Assembly (NCBI GenBank): GCA_963666425.2
Contig: OY762825.2
Location: forward strand, 1,056,001-1,120,000
Origin: Bacillota bacterium
Lineage (GTDB): Bacteria > Bacillota > JAAYKD01
DNA length: 64,000 nucleotides
Direction: 5' to 3'
Shown here one piece after another: positions 54,689 to 64,000 of the stretch. The notes beneath the pieces were generated by a model. The model made no database searches. It saw only the letters and a list, made by a program, of their open reading frames with translations, and had not been told where the DNA came from. A program made the translations under genes and the position numbers. Position 1 is the first letter of the stretch; every line of letters starts with the position of its first letter.

Positions 54689-55543
54689 TTAATACAGTTT
54701 CAATAAATCCATGATCACATTCGTTTTCACGCCTGTGAAGGAACCAATCGTTGCCGCGATAACGCCAAGTACGATGATGATCAAGGTGAATTGTTTTCCC
54801 CAGTCCTGAACGACAATAGTTGCCAAGCGGACTCTGTCCTGACCTAAGTAAGCACCGGCAACGTAGATTTCTTCACCAATCAAGCAATAGTCGCAAGCAA
54901 CGATGAAGAAAGGAGTCTGGCTGGTGGAACTTGTAGCTGCGACCTGAATCGCGCCTGCCTGGTTGCCGGCTTCGGCGAATACCAAAGATTCAGCATAGAA
55001 CAGACCGAACATAACCAGAGCAGCAACGCCTTCACGGTTCATGATACCGACTACGCCGGCGGCATAACCGAATTGGTCATTGGTTAAGAAACGAACATCA
55101 TCTTCACGATACGCATCCGGTTTGCCCACTTCAAAATAAGCGGCGCGAACAACGGATTCGGTAATCGGCTGGACAGACGGTGTACGGTTGCAGACGATCA
55201 TACGAGCGTCGTATTTCGCAATCAATTTGGCGACATGGCCCAATACGTTGAAAGAGGCTAAGGTATCAGCAGAGGTTAAGTCGCCAATACCAGGGCTATA
55301 CAGAACGGGACGGCCCATTTCTGTTGCACGGCCAACTACTTCGTCAACGGCATCCAAACCGGCAATCCGGCGAACTTTCGGAATCGTGCCACCGGTCCGG
55401 GCTTGCTTTACCATGAGCAGCAGCGCCGCAACATAAACAATCAAAAAGAGTGTAGATGACAAACCGAGATTTCCATTGCTGTACAGCCATTTGGAAAAGA
55501 ACGGTTTGATTGAAGTTGCAATATTTTGCATAAACGGTGTCAT
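54689..55543 (-). CDS. DUF6754-like protein (subunit A, copy 2)
   Basis: 284 aa; 3 substitutions versus copy 1. Confidence 0.8.
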   Translation of the reverse strand: MTPFMQNIATSIKPFFSKWLYSNGNLGLSSTLFLIVYVAALLLMVKQARTGGTIPKVRRIAGLDAVDEVVGRATEMGRPVLYSPGIGDLTSADTLASFNVLGHVAKLIAKYDARMIVCNRTPSVQPITESVVRAAYFEVGKPDAYREDDVRFLTNDQFGYAAGVVGIMNREGVAALVMFGLFYAESLVFAEAGNQAGAIQVAATSSTSQTPFFIVACDYCLIGEEIYVAGAYLGQDRVRLATIVVQDWGKQFTLIIIVLGVIAATIGSFTGVKTNVIMDLLKLY

Positions 55544-55784
55544 AAGTTTGCACCTCCTGTATGTTTCAAATGATATGTTTTGAATCTGTTTGTTGTGTCT
55601 TTCCCGAACCATGAATAAAATAGAATGAATAAAGATTCCACTGTTGGTAAAAGCGCTTCCATTTCGTTATTTTGCTGCATACCCCCTTTTTTACCGCATC
55701 GCAATTTGTCTGATTTTACAATGCTATGCTACTTTTTGAGATTATTAGAGCAAACGGGAAAAAACTTATAACAAAACTAGCTTC

Positions 55785-55813
55785 ATTTTATACAAGTGCT
55801 CGATTTTTGTCAA
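55785..55813 (-). promoter_or_regulatory. Sigma-A promoter of operon copy 2
   Basis: TTGACA-17 nt-TAAAAT. Confidence 0.65.
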
Positions 55814-56454
55814 GAAGAAAAACTAGCTAAATTCCCATTTTCCTTTATAATGTTTTTGTAGAGTAACCAATTTCCGCACTTATTTTTACCATATATTCTG
55901 ATCCGAAAGCTGAATATTTATTATAATATTCAGGTATTTAAATTACTGACCTTGCTTTCAGCTATTTCATTCTAGTTTTAAGAGAGAATTAACAAATTGA
56001 TACCTTATAAGACATATTAAATTATATTTGTTTGAGAAAACTATCACAATTATGCGTAATGCACCATGTGTTTGTTAAGTATTTTTAATTCTTAACAAAT
56101 TAAAAGTATATTCCAGCAATATTTGCCTATTTTTTCTAAAATTAAACTTATAATTCCATATTTTCCCGCACTATATTTTTTTTCAATTACTTCTCATTAC
56201 TCTTTTTTAAGACTATTTAACCTGTTATTTCGATTGATCTATTTTACTCTTCTTGGAATGAATCCGGTCGAGAATTACTAAACAAATACAAAGACCGACA
56301 ACATACCGCAAACAAAATGCGGGATTCTCATTCCAAGCGATACTTCCTTCACTGAAAAGGTTACAGATTCTCACTATTTCATGACATCGGACAGCTTATT
56401 GCTAGCGTTATTATCTGGCGATTCCCTTTTGAACAGAGCAGCTTTTCAGAGTAT

Positions 56455-56493
56455 AAAAAACCCGCAGATGCAGCTTTTTTCAGCATCTGCGGA
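56455..56493 (-). terminator. Intrinsic terminator after the glutaredoxin-like gene
   Basis: AAAAAAcCCGCAGATGC..GCATCTGCGG. Confidence 0.8.
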
Positions 56494-56507
56494 TAAAATC
56501 GATCTGA

Positions 56508-56783
56508 TTAATTTTTTAGAACTGACAGATCAGTTGGCAATTCAAGATAATATTCTGCTTGGTCACCATCATCGACAGCGATCATCGGAATTCCCACTCT
56601 GCCTGCGCCGCGTATTTCTGCATACAGTTTTAATGTATCTCGTAGTTTTAAAAATTCCTTCAACGGTTTCATACCGGAAGTGATATCAACATATTCGAAT
56701 TCAATCGCATTTTGGGAAAGAACCTCTTTCACCTTGGGGCAGCCGGGTCAGAAACTGCTGCCGAAGACTTTGATTTTTTTCAT
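56508..56783 (-). CDS. Glutaredoxin-like selenoprotein (UPGC motif, Sec12)
   Basis: ATG 56783 after an AAGGAGG RBS gives MKKIKVFGSSF-UGA-PGCPKVKEVLSQNAIEFEYVDIT..RVGIP; in-frame TGA at 56748-56750. Confidence 0.85.
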
Positions 56784-57001
56784 AGACAAATCCTCCTTAT
56801 CCATTCTTTTATTATCAATATTTTGAATACTGATTCTCTTTCTCACTTCGTTTTTCTCCTACCTGTTTCCTTCCTTACAGGCAAGTATCTGCAGCGATTG
56901 ATCAAAAAAATCAAACTGCGAAATTAGGCGAGGAATACTATGAAAAACTTGCTTTCTTGTAGTAAAAAGATTATGATAGGGCAATAAGGAGGGATATATG
57001 C

Positions 57002-58276
57002 ATGCTAACAAAGAATTTCGCTTTAAAACTGTTCAACGGTTTTTCCATCCAACGCTGGAATGATATGGCCCGCTCCGCAGAACTAACAGAAATGGACAAC
57101 AGCAGTTTAAAAATGATGACAGCCTATCTGATCGGTCATGTCGAAATCGAAGCACAAAAGCAAAACGGTGTTACTCTGCAGGTAGATTGGCAGGAGATCA
57201 TTTATGCCAGTTTTTTTGATCTTCTGAGAAAAATCGCCCTTTCTGATATTAAATCCAGTGTTCATCACCGTATCCGCAATCAATATCCCGAGGAGTTCCG
57301 GAAACTGAATTATTGGGTTCTTGATCAATATAAAACAATCTTAGGTGACCTTGACCAAGAATTGCTGCAGCGATTTGCCGCTTATCTCACAGATGAACAT
57401 CCCTTAAAGCCAATGGAGGCTAGCATTCTCAGTGCCGCCCACGATTATGCAACCTATCGTGAATTTGAGCTGATTAAATTAGTCAATGTTTCTTCACCGC
57501 AGCTCTACTCAATCGAACAGCAATTGAATGCTGAAATGCAGAGCCATTTACAACTAAAGGGAATGCAGATGCTGGTGACCCGACAAAAATTGTATGAATT
57601 ACTCCTGAGATTGGAGCAGCTTCGTTTTCAAGTACGCTGGAGTCACACAGAACGCATACCGCGCACGACTGTTCTAGGTCATTCGATGCTGGTAGCCTGC
57701 TTTGCCATGCTGCTGACACGTCAGTTGCCCGATTTCCCAAAAATTCAGCAACCCGGCCGGATGATTTACAGCAATTTCTTTGCCGGACTTTTCCATGACC
57801 TGCCGGAAAGTGTGATTCGCGATATCGTTTCTCCGGTCAAGCGTGCTACCGTCAATCTGCCTGAGATAGTGAAAGAAATCGAAGACAGCATCGTGCGGGA
57901 AGAGCTTTATCCTTTGATGGGCGATTACCGCTTCAAAGATGAATTGATTGCTTATACCAGCCAGGAATTCCAAGATCGCCTGATCTTTGGTGCTACTCCC
58001 AATACGCAGCCGGTTTTACTGACAGCGGATCAATTTGAAAAATTACTTTTACAACCGCCAACGCTCGGATTGCCCGTCATGGGTTCTCTGATCGGCTTGT
58101 GCGATGAATATGCCGCTTATCTGGAAGCCTACCAATCGATCGATCACGGCATCAGCTCGAACTATCTGCGGCAAGCAGCCACTCATATTCGGCAGGATCT
58201 GAGCGCAGGACCGGAAATCGGTGGGTTGCCTGTCCGGAAATTGTTCGAAGGCTTTAAAGCATTCGACCTTGAATAA
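57002..58276 (+). CDS. HD-domain protein (two YfbR-like HD repeats, the N-terminal one degenerate)
   Basis: IQRWND..SDIKS first repeat; QVRWS..VLGHS..LFHDLPE..RDIVSPVK second repeat. Confidence 0.82.
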   Translation: MLTKNFALKLFNGFSIQRWNDMARSAELTEMDNSSLKMMTAYLIGHVEIEAQKQNGVTLQVDWQEIIYASFFDLLRKIALSDIKSSVHHRIRNQYPEEFRKLNYWVLDQYKTILGDLDQELLQRFAAYLTDEHPLKPMEASILSAAHDYATYREFELIKLVNVSSPQLYSIEQQLNAEMQSHLQLKGMQMLVTRQKLYELLLRLEQLRFQVRWSHTERIPRTTVLGHSMLVACFAMLLTRQLPDFPKIQQPGRMIYSNFFAGLFHDLPESVIRDIVSPVKRATVNLPEIVKEIEDSIVREELYPLMGDYRFKDELIAYTSQEFQDRLIFGATPNTQPVLLTADQFEKLLLQPPTLGLPVMGSLIGLCDEYAAYLEAYQSIDHGISSNYLRQAATHIRQDLSAGPEIGGLPVRKLFEGFKAFDLE

Positions 58277-58474
58277 CAAGAGAATCTTCATAAGAGAAGG
58301 GAGCTGGCAAGCACGTCCGTCAAACCAACCGATGCCGGTAAAAAAACCGGATCTCAACCAAAAAAAATCTTCGCAGGATGGAAGCAAAAACGGAAGCAGC
58401 ACAAGGAACCCTCCTCTGAAAAAACATCCGGTATCCCAAACAGCGTCTCAAAGCAACGCAGTGTCAATCTCAGT

Positions 58475-60622
58475 ATGCGAAAGTTTAAAAATGGCCGCGG
58501 CAAATGGGTCTTGCTCAGCTTTGCTTTGCTCTTCGCAGCACTGATCGGGCGTATCGCCTGGATCAATTTTGCACCTACTCCACACAGTGGTGAAGCTTTG
58601 CGGGAGGAAGCTTCCGATACCTGGCAACATTCTCAAACAATCAATCCCATCCGCGGCGATATTTTCGATCGAAACGGAAAAACCCTGGCGCTCAGCGCGC
58701 AAGCAGAGACGATTGAGGTCATCCCCGAACTCATTGCTGCTTTAGAATCTTATGATACGGATAGCAAAGGGAATTATCTGAAACCGTTTCAGAGTATAGA
58801 GAGTCTGGCTGCGAAATTATCCGTTATTCTGGAAATGGATTGGCAGGATGTTTTCGATTGTCTCACTTCCAGTCAGGCTCAGCTTTACCTCTGCCGCCAA
58901 ATTTCCACCGAAAAAGCGGATGCGGTGCGCGCTTTGCGCATGCAGGGAATTACCTTTCTCTATGAACCCAAACGATATTACCCGCTGGATAATTTCGCTT
59001 CTACCTTCATGGGTTTTGTCGGGACAGACAATCATGGTCTTTCCGGTCTGGAATTTTGGTATGATGATCAATTATACGGCAAAGCCGGTAATGCGGTGGT
59101 GGTTCAAAGCAGCGACGGCAGCGCCATCCCGCTTTACAATAATCAAGTGGTTGCTGCCGTCGACGGTAATGATTTGATCCTGACAATTGATGAACAGCTG
59201 CAATCCATACTGGAGCGGGAATTAAGTTCTGCTGTCACGGAAAACAAAGCCGCTTCCGGCGGCGGAATCATTATGGATCCCTATACCGGCGAAATTCTGG
59301 CGATGGCGTCCATGCCAAATTTTGATTTGAACCATTTTGGTGAAGCTGATCCGAATTTATGGAACAATCCCCTGGTTTCTGATGCATTTGAACCCGGCTC
59401 CACCTTTAAGATCATTACCTGTCTGGCTGCGCTGAGCAATAATGTCGCCAGCGAAACGAGCTATTTTGAGGATCCGGGTTATTATATCGTCGCAGGGGAA
59501 AAGATCCAAAACTGGGACAAGGGTTCTAGTCACGGCACCTTCAGCTTATTGGATGGTATGCGTAATTCAAGCAATGTGATCTTGGGTCAGCTCGGTCTGC
59601 GCTTAGGCGCCAAGAAACTGATCTCATTCCAGGAATTAATGGGCTTCGGCTCTCTCACAGGGATTGATTTTCCCGGTGAAACTGCCGGGGTATTGTTCGA
59701 CCCCGATTCTATTCGTGATGTGGAATTATTCACGGCGGCATTTGGCCAAGGTCCCTCCGTTACACCGATTCAGCAGTTGAATGCCATCAATGCGATTGTC
59801 AACGGCGGCCAGTTGCTGCAGCCTCATCTGGTGAAAGCACAAATTGATGCCGAAGGAAGCAGAACCGATACCCCCACAAAAATAATCCGGGAGGTAGCCT
59901 CTGCTTCCGTCATGGAACGCATGCGGGATATCTTGATTTATGTTTTAAATGCGCCCGGTTCGAAAGGCGCTTCCGACAGTTATCTGCTGGCTGGGAAAAC
60001 CGGAACCGCCAATAAGCTAAACGGCGAGACCGGCGGTTATTACGAAGATAAGTACATCGCGTCTACCATTGGCTTTGCTCCGGCAAAGGAAGCCATTTAC
60101 TCGATCTATGTCTATCTCGATGATCCCAAGGGACCCAATGGCTATTATGGCGGTCAGACTGCCGCACCAATGTTCCGTAAAATTGCCGAAGCAGCGCTGG
60201 AATATGCGGGTTATCTGCCGGGAGATGTAACAGAAGCAGAAGTTACTGCCGCTTCGGAGGTCACAGTAGCCGAGCTGATTGGCAAGACGAAAGCGGAGCT
60301 TGCTGCACTGCTGTTGAACAGTAAAGCCGTGATCAGTTATATCGGCAGCGGCGATGTGACCGTTGCGCAGTATCCCGCCGCCGGCAGCACCATCTCAGCC
60401 GGTCAGGCACTGCATCTTTATATGCTGCCGTCTCTTCCTGCTGATCCAACAAAAACAGTAGTCCCTAATTTCAGCGGTCAGAACTTAAGAGAAATCTCCT
60501 CGGTCTGCGACCAACTCGGTTTAGTCCTCGTCAGCAAAGGCAGCGGTATCTGCAGTGAACAATCGGTTGCAGCCGGTACAACCGTCAGTAAGGGCAGCAG
60601 TATTCAGGTCACCTTCTCCTAA
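58475..60622 (+). CDS. Class B penicillin-binding protein (FtsI/SpoVD-like) with PASTA domains
   Basis: RGDIFDRNG, RYYP, EPGSTFK (SxxK), SSN, GKTGT; two C-terminal PASTA-like repeats; start uncertain. Confidence 0.92.
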   Translation: MRKFKNGRGKWVLLSFALLFAALIGRIAWINFAPTPHSGEALREEASDTWQHSQTINPIRGDIFDRNGKTLALSAQAETIEVIPELIAALESYDTDSKGNYLKPFQSIESLAAKLSVILEMDWQDVFDCLTSSQAQLYLCRQISTEKADAVRALRMQGITFLYEPKRYYPLDNFASTFMGFVGTDNHGLSGLEFWYDDQLYGKAGNAVVVQSSDGSAIPLYNNQVVAAVDGNDLILTIDEQLQSILERELSSAVTENKAASGGGIIMDPYTGEILAMASMPNFDLNHFGEADPNLWNNPLVSDAFEPGSTFKIITCLAALSNNVASETSYFEDPGYYIVAGEKIQNWDKGSSHGTFSLLDGMRNSSNVILGQLGLRLGAKKLISFQELMGFGSLTGIDFPGETAGVLFDPDSIRDVELFTAAFGQGPSVTPIQQLNAINAIVNGGQLLQPHLVKAQIDAEGSRTDTPTKIIREVASASVMERMRDILIYVLNAPGSKGASDSYLLAGKTGTANKLNGETGGYYEDKYIASTIGFAPAKEAIYSIYVYLDDPKGPNGYYGGQTAAPMFRKIAEAALEYAGYLPGDVTEAEVTAASEVTVAELIGKTKAELAALLLNSKAVISYIGSGDVTVAQYPAAGSTISAGQALHLYMLPSLPADPTKTVVPNFSGQNLREISSVCDQLGLVLVSKGSGICSEQSVAAGTTVSKGSSIQVTFS

Positions 60623-60718
60623 AACAACAGGAGTCACAGCGCACCACTTACTGCGATCCATACGATTTTGCTTCACCATTCTGATTCTGCTATAAAGAAG
60701 ATTTTACATTTGCAGCTG

Positions 60719-60747
60719 TTGACAATGTCAAAATATGCTAGTATAAT
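60719..60747 (+). promoter_or_regulatory. Consensus sigma-A promoter of the gcv operon
   Basis: TTGACA-17 nt-TATAAT. Confidence 0.85.
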
Positions 60748-60767
60748 TATACTCAATTGAATAGAGA

Positions 60768-61022
60768 TCGTAGGAAAAATTCGAGAGAGACTGCAGCATC
60801 AGAAGGTTTCCGGTAAGGAAACCTTCAGCAGAGCCGAAGGGGAATTGCGAATAGCTCTCAGGCAAAAGAATCGAATTTGGACGATACTTCGGAAAGTCAT
60901 TGGGTTGACGCCGACGAAGCAATCAAACTCCGGATTAAAACTGCCTTAGGGTAACGTTTGGAGCAAGAGAATCTTTCAGGCAGAATTACGGAGGCATGCT
61001 ATTAGGCATGCCTCCGTTTTTT
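60768..61022 (+). promoter_or_regulatory. Tandem glycine riboswitch with terminator
   Basis: Aptamer 1 GAGAGAC..GCCGAAGGGG..CTCTCAGGC; aptamer 2 CGGAAAG..CGCCGACGAAGCAA..CTTTCAGGC; terminator ACGGAGGCATGC..GCATGCCTCCGTTTTTT; upstream of gcvT. Confidence 0.9.
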
Positions 61023-61056
61023 ATATGCAAATATAATATGAAGTGAGGGAAAATCA

Positions 61057-62175
61057 ATGGAAAAGAAAACACCTCTGTATGACTGCCATCTGGCAGCCGG
61101 CGGCAAACCTGTGCCTTTCGCCGGTTATTTACTGCCGATTCAGTATGCTACCGGCATTATTACGGAGCATATGGCGGTCCGCAAACAGGCGGGCTTATTC
61201 GACGTTTCCCATATGGGAGAAGTGATTTACAGCGGCAGGGATGCCGTAAAAAACCTGAATCATCTGCTGACCAATGATGTTGCGTTACTGCGCTATGGTG
61301 AAATCTGTTACAGCCCGATGTGCAATACAGAAGGCGGCTTTGTGGACGATCTGATCGCTTATAAACTGGACGATGAGAAATATATGCTGGTCGTCAATGC
61401 TTCCAATCGTGAAAAAGATGTTGCCTGGATGCAAGAACATCTTTTTGGCGACGTTCAATTCGAAGATATTTCCGACAGTATGGCGGAACTAGCACTGCAA
61501 GGTCCTAATTCCACCGCTATCTTAGCCAAACTGACAGATGCTGCTGCTCTGCTCGTCGGCAATTATACCTTCAAAGAAAACATCCTGCTCAACGGCATTT
61601 CCTGTCTCGTCTCTGTCACCGGCTATACCGGTGAGATGGGTTATGAAATTTATCTTGATAATGCAGATGCCGCCGAGGTTTGGAATTTGCTGCTGGCAGC
61701 CGGCAAAGAACTGGGTTTGATTCCCTGTGGCTTAGGCAGCCGTGATACGCTGCGTTTGGAAGCAGGCATGCCGCTATACGGCCATGAAATGGATGAGAGG
61801 ATCACTCCTTTGGAAATCGGCCTGAGCTATTTTGTCCACCTGGAAAAAGAGGGTGGTTTTCTGGGTAAAGAGGCCATGCTCGCCAAAAAGCCCTACGCAA
61901 ACAAGCGTGTTGGTCTCAAGGTAAACGGCCGCGGCATCGTCCGTGAACAGGAAAAGATTTTCATCGGTGATCAAGAGATCGGTATTACAACATCCGGAAC
62001 CTATTCTCCTTATTTCAGCTGCGGCCTCGCCATGGCTCGAATCAATAAAAAATACGGTAAAATCGGCACTCTGGTCGATGTTGAAGTACGCGGCAGACGC
62101 ATTGCCGCAGAAATTGTAGCGCTGCCTTTCTATAAGCGAAACCAGACAACAGCATCCGCTTCTCCCTTAAAATAA
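61057..62175 (+). CDS. gcvT: Glycine cleavage system aminomethyltransferase T
   Basis: KTPLY, LFDVSHMGE, TGYTGEMGYE, RDTLRLEAG. Confidence 0.97.
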   Translation: MEKKTPLYDCHLAAGGKPVPFAGYLLPIQYATGIITEHMAVRKQAGLFDVSHMGEVIYSGRDAVKNLNHLLTNDVALLRYGEICYSPMCNTEGGFVDDLIAYKLDDEKYMLVVNASNREKDVAWMQEHLFGDVQFEDISDSMAELALQGPNSTAILAKLTDAAALLVGNYTFKENILLNGISCLVSVTGYTGEMGYEIYLDNADAAEVWNLLLAAGKELGLIPCGLGSRDTLRLEAGMPLYGHEMDERITPLEIGLSYFVHLEKEGGFLGKEAMLAKKPYANKRVGLKVNGRGIVREQEKIFIGDQEIGITTSGTYSPYFSCGLAMARINKKYGKIGTLVDVEVRGRRIAAEIVALPFYKRNQTTASASPLK

Positions 62176-62223
62176 ACGCACATCTGGCGTTTATCAATAA
62201 AATTCAATAGGAGGTCAATCAAC

Positions 62224-62610
62224 ATGAACATTCCCCAAAATTTACTCTACAGCAAATCTCACGAGTGGGTCTTATTCTTGGATGAAACCACAGTGCGCAT
62301 CGGGATCACCAATACGGCGCAGCAATTACTTGGCGATTTGGTCTACATCAATCTGCCTGAAGTTGGCGACGCAGTTGTCAGCGGTGAAACCTTCGCCGAT
62401 GTGGAAAGCGTAAAAGCGGTTTCCGATATCTTCTCCCCTGTGACCGGTGAAGTCTCAGCTGTCAACGAAGAATTGAAGGATAACCCTCAATTCATGAACA
62501 GCGCTCCCTACGAATCCTGGTTGATTGAAGTCAAAAACCTCAGCGACCGGGAGGCATTGCTGAATGCGGAGCAATATGCTAAAATCTGTGCAGAGGAGGA
62601 GGGGCACTAA
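62224..62610 (+). CDS. gcvH: Glycine cleavage system H protein
   Basis: SHEWV, lipoyl site VESVKAVSD. Confidence 0.97.
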   Translation: MNIPQNLLYSKSHEWVLFLDETTVRIGITNTAQQLLGDLVYINLPEVGDAVVSGETFADVESVKAVSDIFSPVTGEVSAVNEELKDNPQFMNSAPYESWLIEVKNLSDREALLNAEQYAKICAEEEGH

Positions 62611-62613
62611 ACT

Positions 62614-63933
62614 ATGTCCTACATTCCTTCCAGCTTAAAGGAGCGTCAGGAAATGCTGCAGACGGTTGGAGTCCAGACAACCGATGATCTGTTTGCGGTT
62701 GTTCCCTCTGCTCTGAAAATCAAGCAATTGCAGCTTCCCGGTGGGAAAAGTGAATTGGAAGTCAGCCAAATCATGCGAGAGATGGCCGGCAAAAATCGAG
62801 TGTTTTCCGCTATTTTCCAAGGTGCCGGCGCTTACCATCATTATATTCCGGCAATCGTCAAAAGCATTACCGCCAAAGAAAGCTTTCTCACTGCTTATAC
62901 GCCCTATCAAGCCGAAATCAGCCAGGGCATTTTGCAGTCCATTTTTGAATATCAAACGATGATTTGTGAACTGACCGGCATGGATGTATCCAATGCTTCC
63001 ATTTATGATGGAGCTTCGGCAGCCGCCGAGGCCATGACGATGTGCCGCGAACGCAAACGCGAACGCGTTCTGCTTTCCGCATCAGTCCTGCCAATGGTTC
63101 TGCAAACCATACAAACCTACTGCAACGGCAATGGCATGACGGTAGAATTGATCCCAGAAAAAAATGGTGTCACCGATCTGGCGGCTCTGGAAGCACTGCT
63201 GAATGAGCAGACCGCTTGTGTTTACCTGCAGCAGCCCAATTACTTTGGCCTGCTGGAACCGGCCGAAGCGATTGCAGCAGCCACACATCAGGCCGGAGCC
63301 AAATTTGTGCTGAGTGTCAATCCCATTGCCGCAGCCATTTTAAAAACGCCGCGGGACTGCGGCGCTGATATCGCCGTTGGCGAAGGGCAGCCGCTGGGTC
63401 TGCCGTTGGCCTTTGGCGGTCCTTATTTGGGCTTCATGGCTACGACCAATGCTTTGATCCGCAGACTGCCTGGTCGCATCGTCGGAGAAACCGTTGATCT
63501 CGCGGGTAAACGCGCGTTTGTTTTGACCCTGCAAGCCAGAGAGCAGCATATTCGCCGTGAAAAAGCCTCCTCCAACGTCTGTTCCAATCAAGCTTTATGC
63601 GCCTTGACTGCAGCCGTCTACTGCTCTGCCATGGGACCAACCGGTCTGCAGGAAGCTGCCTCACAATGTCATGCCAAAGCGCATTATGCTGCCCGGCAAA
63701 TATCCGCCATCCCAGGCTTTGCGCTGCGCTATCAAGGGGAATTCTTTCATGAATTCCTCACAGAAACCCCATACTGCGCTGAAACGATTTTGGCAAAACT
63801 GGCTGAGAAAGATATCTTAGGCGGCTATCCCGTTTCCGGCGGCATGCTCTGGTGTGTCACCGAAATGAATTCTAAGGCTCAAATTGATGCCTTGACCGCT
63901 GTTTTAAAGGAGGTCAGTTCAACATGCAATTAA
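62614..63933 (+). CDS. gcvPA: Glycine dehydrogenase subunit 1
   Basis: TAYTPYQAEISQG, FGGPYLG, REQHIRREKASSNVC. Confidence 0.97.
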   Translation: MSYIPSSLKERQEMLQTVGVQTTDDLFAVVPSALKIKQLQLPGGKSELEVSQIMREMAGKNRVFSAIFQGAGAYHHYIPAIVKSITAKESFLTAYTPYQAEISQGILQSIFEYQTMICELTGMDVSNASIYDGASAAAEAMTMCRERKRERVLLSASVLPMVLQTIQTYCNGNGMTVELIPEKNGVTDLAALEALLNEQTACVYLQQPNYFGLLEPAEAIAAATHQAGAKFVLSVNPIAAAILKTPRDCGADIAVGEGQPLGLPLAFGGPYLGFMATTNALIRRLPGRIVGETVDLAGKRAFVLTLQAREQHIRREKASSNVCSNQALCALTAAVYCSAMGPTGLQEAASQCHAKAHYAARQISAIPGFALRYQGEFFHEFLTETPYCAETILAKLAEKDILGGYPVSGGMLWCVTEMNSKAQIDALTAVLKEVSSTCN

Positions 63934-64000
63934 TTTTTGAACGCAGCCGTGCGGGCAGAAGCTGCTCCATCCTGCCTGCTTGTGATGTCGAAAAAACCGA
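63924..64000 (+). CDS. gcvPB: Glycine dehydrogenase subunit 2, N-terminus (partial)
   Basis: MQLIFERSRAGR after an AAGGAGG RBS, overlapping the gcvPA stop. Confidence 0.8.
   Translation, partial: MQLIFERSRAGRSCSILPACDVEKT

Overview
This is a bacterial chromosome window from an anaerobic Firmicute (Bacillota), with no phage or CRISPR. The backbone carries lepA-hemW-hrcA plus a thermosome-like (group III) chaperonin under a perfect CIRCE, then rpsT, comEA-comEC-holA, T-box-serS-ridA, tRNA-Ser, an OmpR/histidine kinase pair, gap-pgk-tpiA-gpmI-eno, a class B PBP and a glycine-riboswitch gcvT-H-PA-PB operon. Accessory DNA includes an AT-richer islet beside tRNA-Ser (about 26.1-34.85 kb). It holds two HD-GYP signalling modules that share a ~400-bp upstream element and their catalytic domain, an internally deleted class IIC group II intron and a 22-bp-period hairpin array. 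A polysaccharide deacetylase is bracketed by two inverted IS1182 ends. The best candidate for an undescribed system is a tandemly duplicated four-gene membrane operon (DUF6754-like gene plus three uncharacterised membrane proteins, 48.4-55.5 kb). Three subunits are 95-99% identical between copies, while one anchored soluble-domain subunit is only ~74% identical, consistent with a new transporter or receptor with a swappable specificity subunit. Also found: a UxxC selenoprotein glutaredoxin missed by the ORF track, and a GAPDH with NADP-type signature residues. All family calls come from motif recognition by eye; no searches were run.
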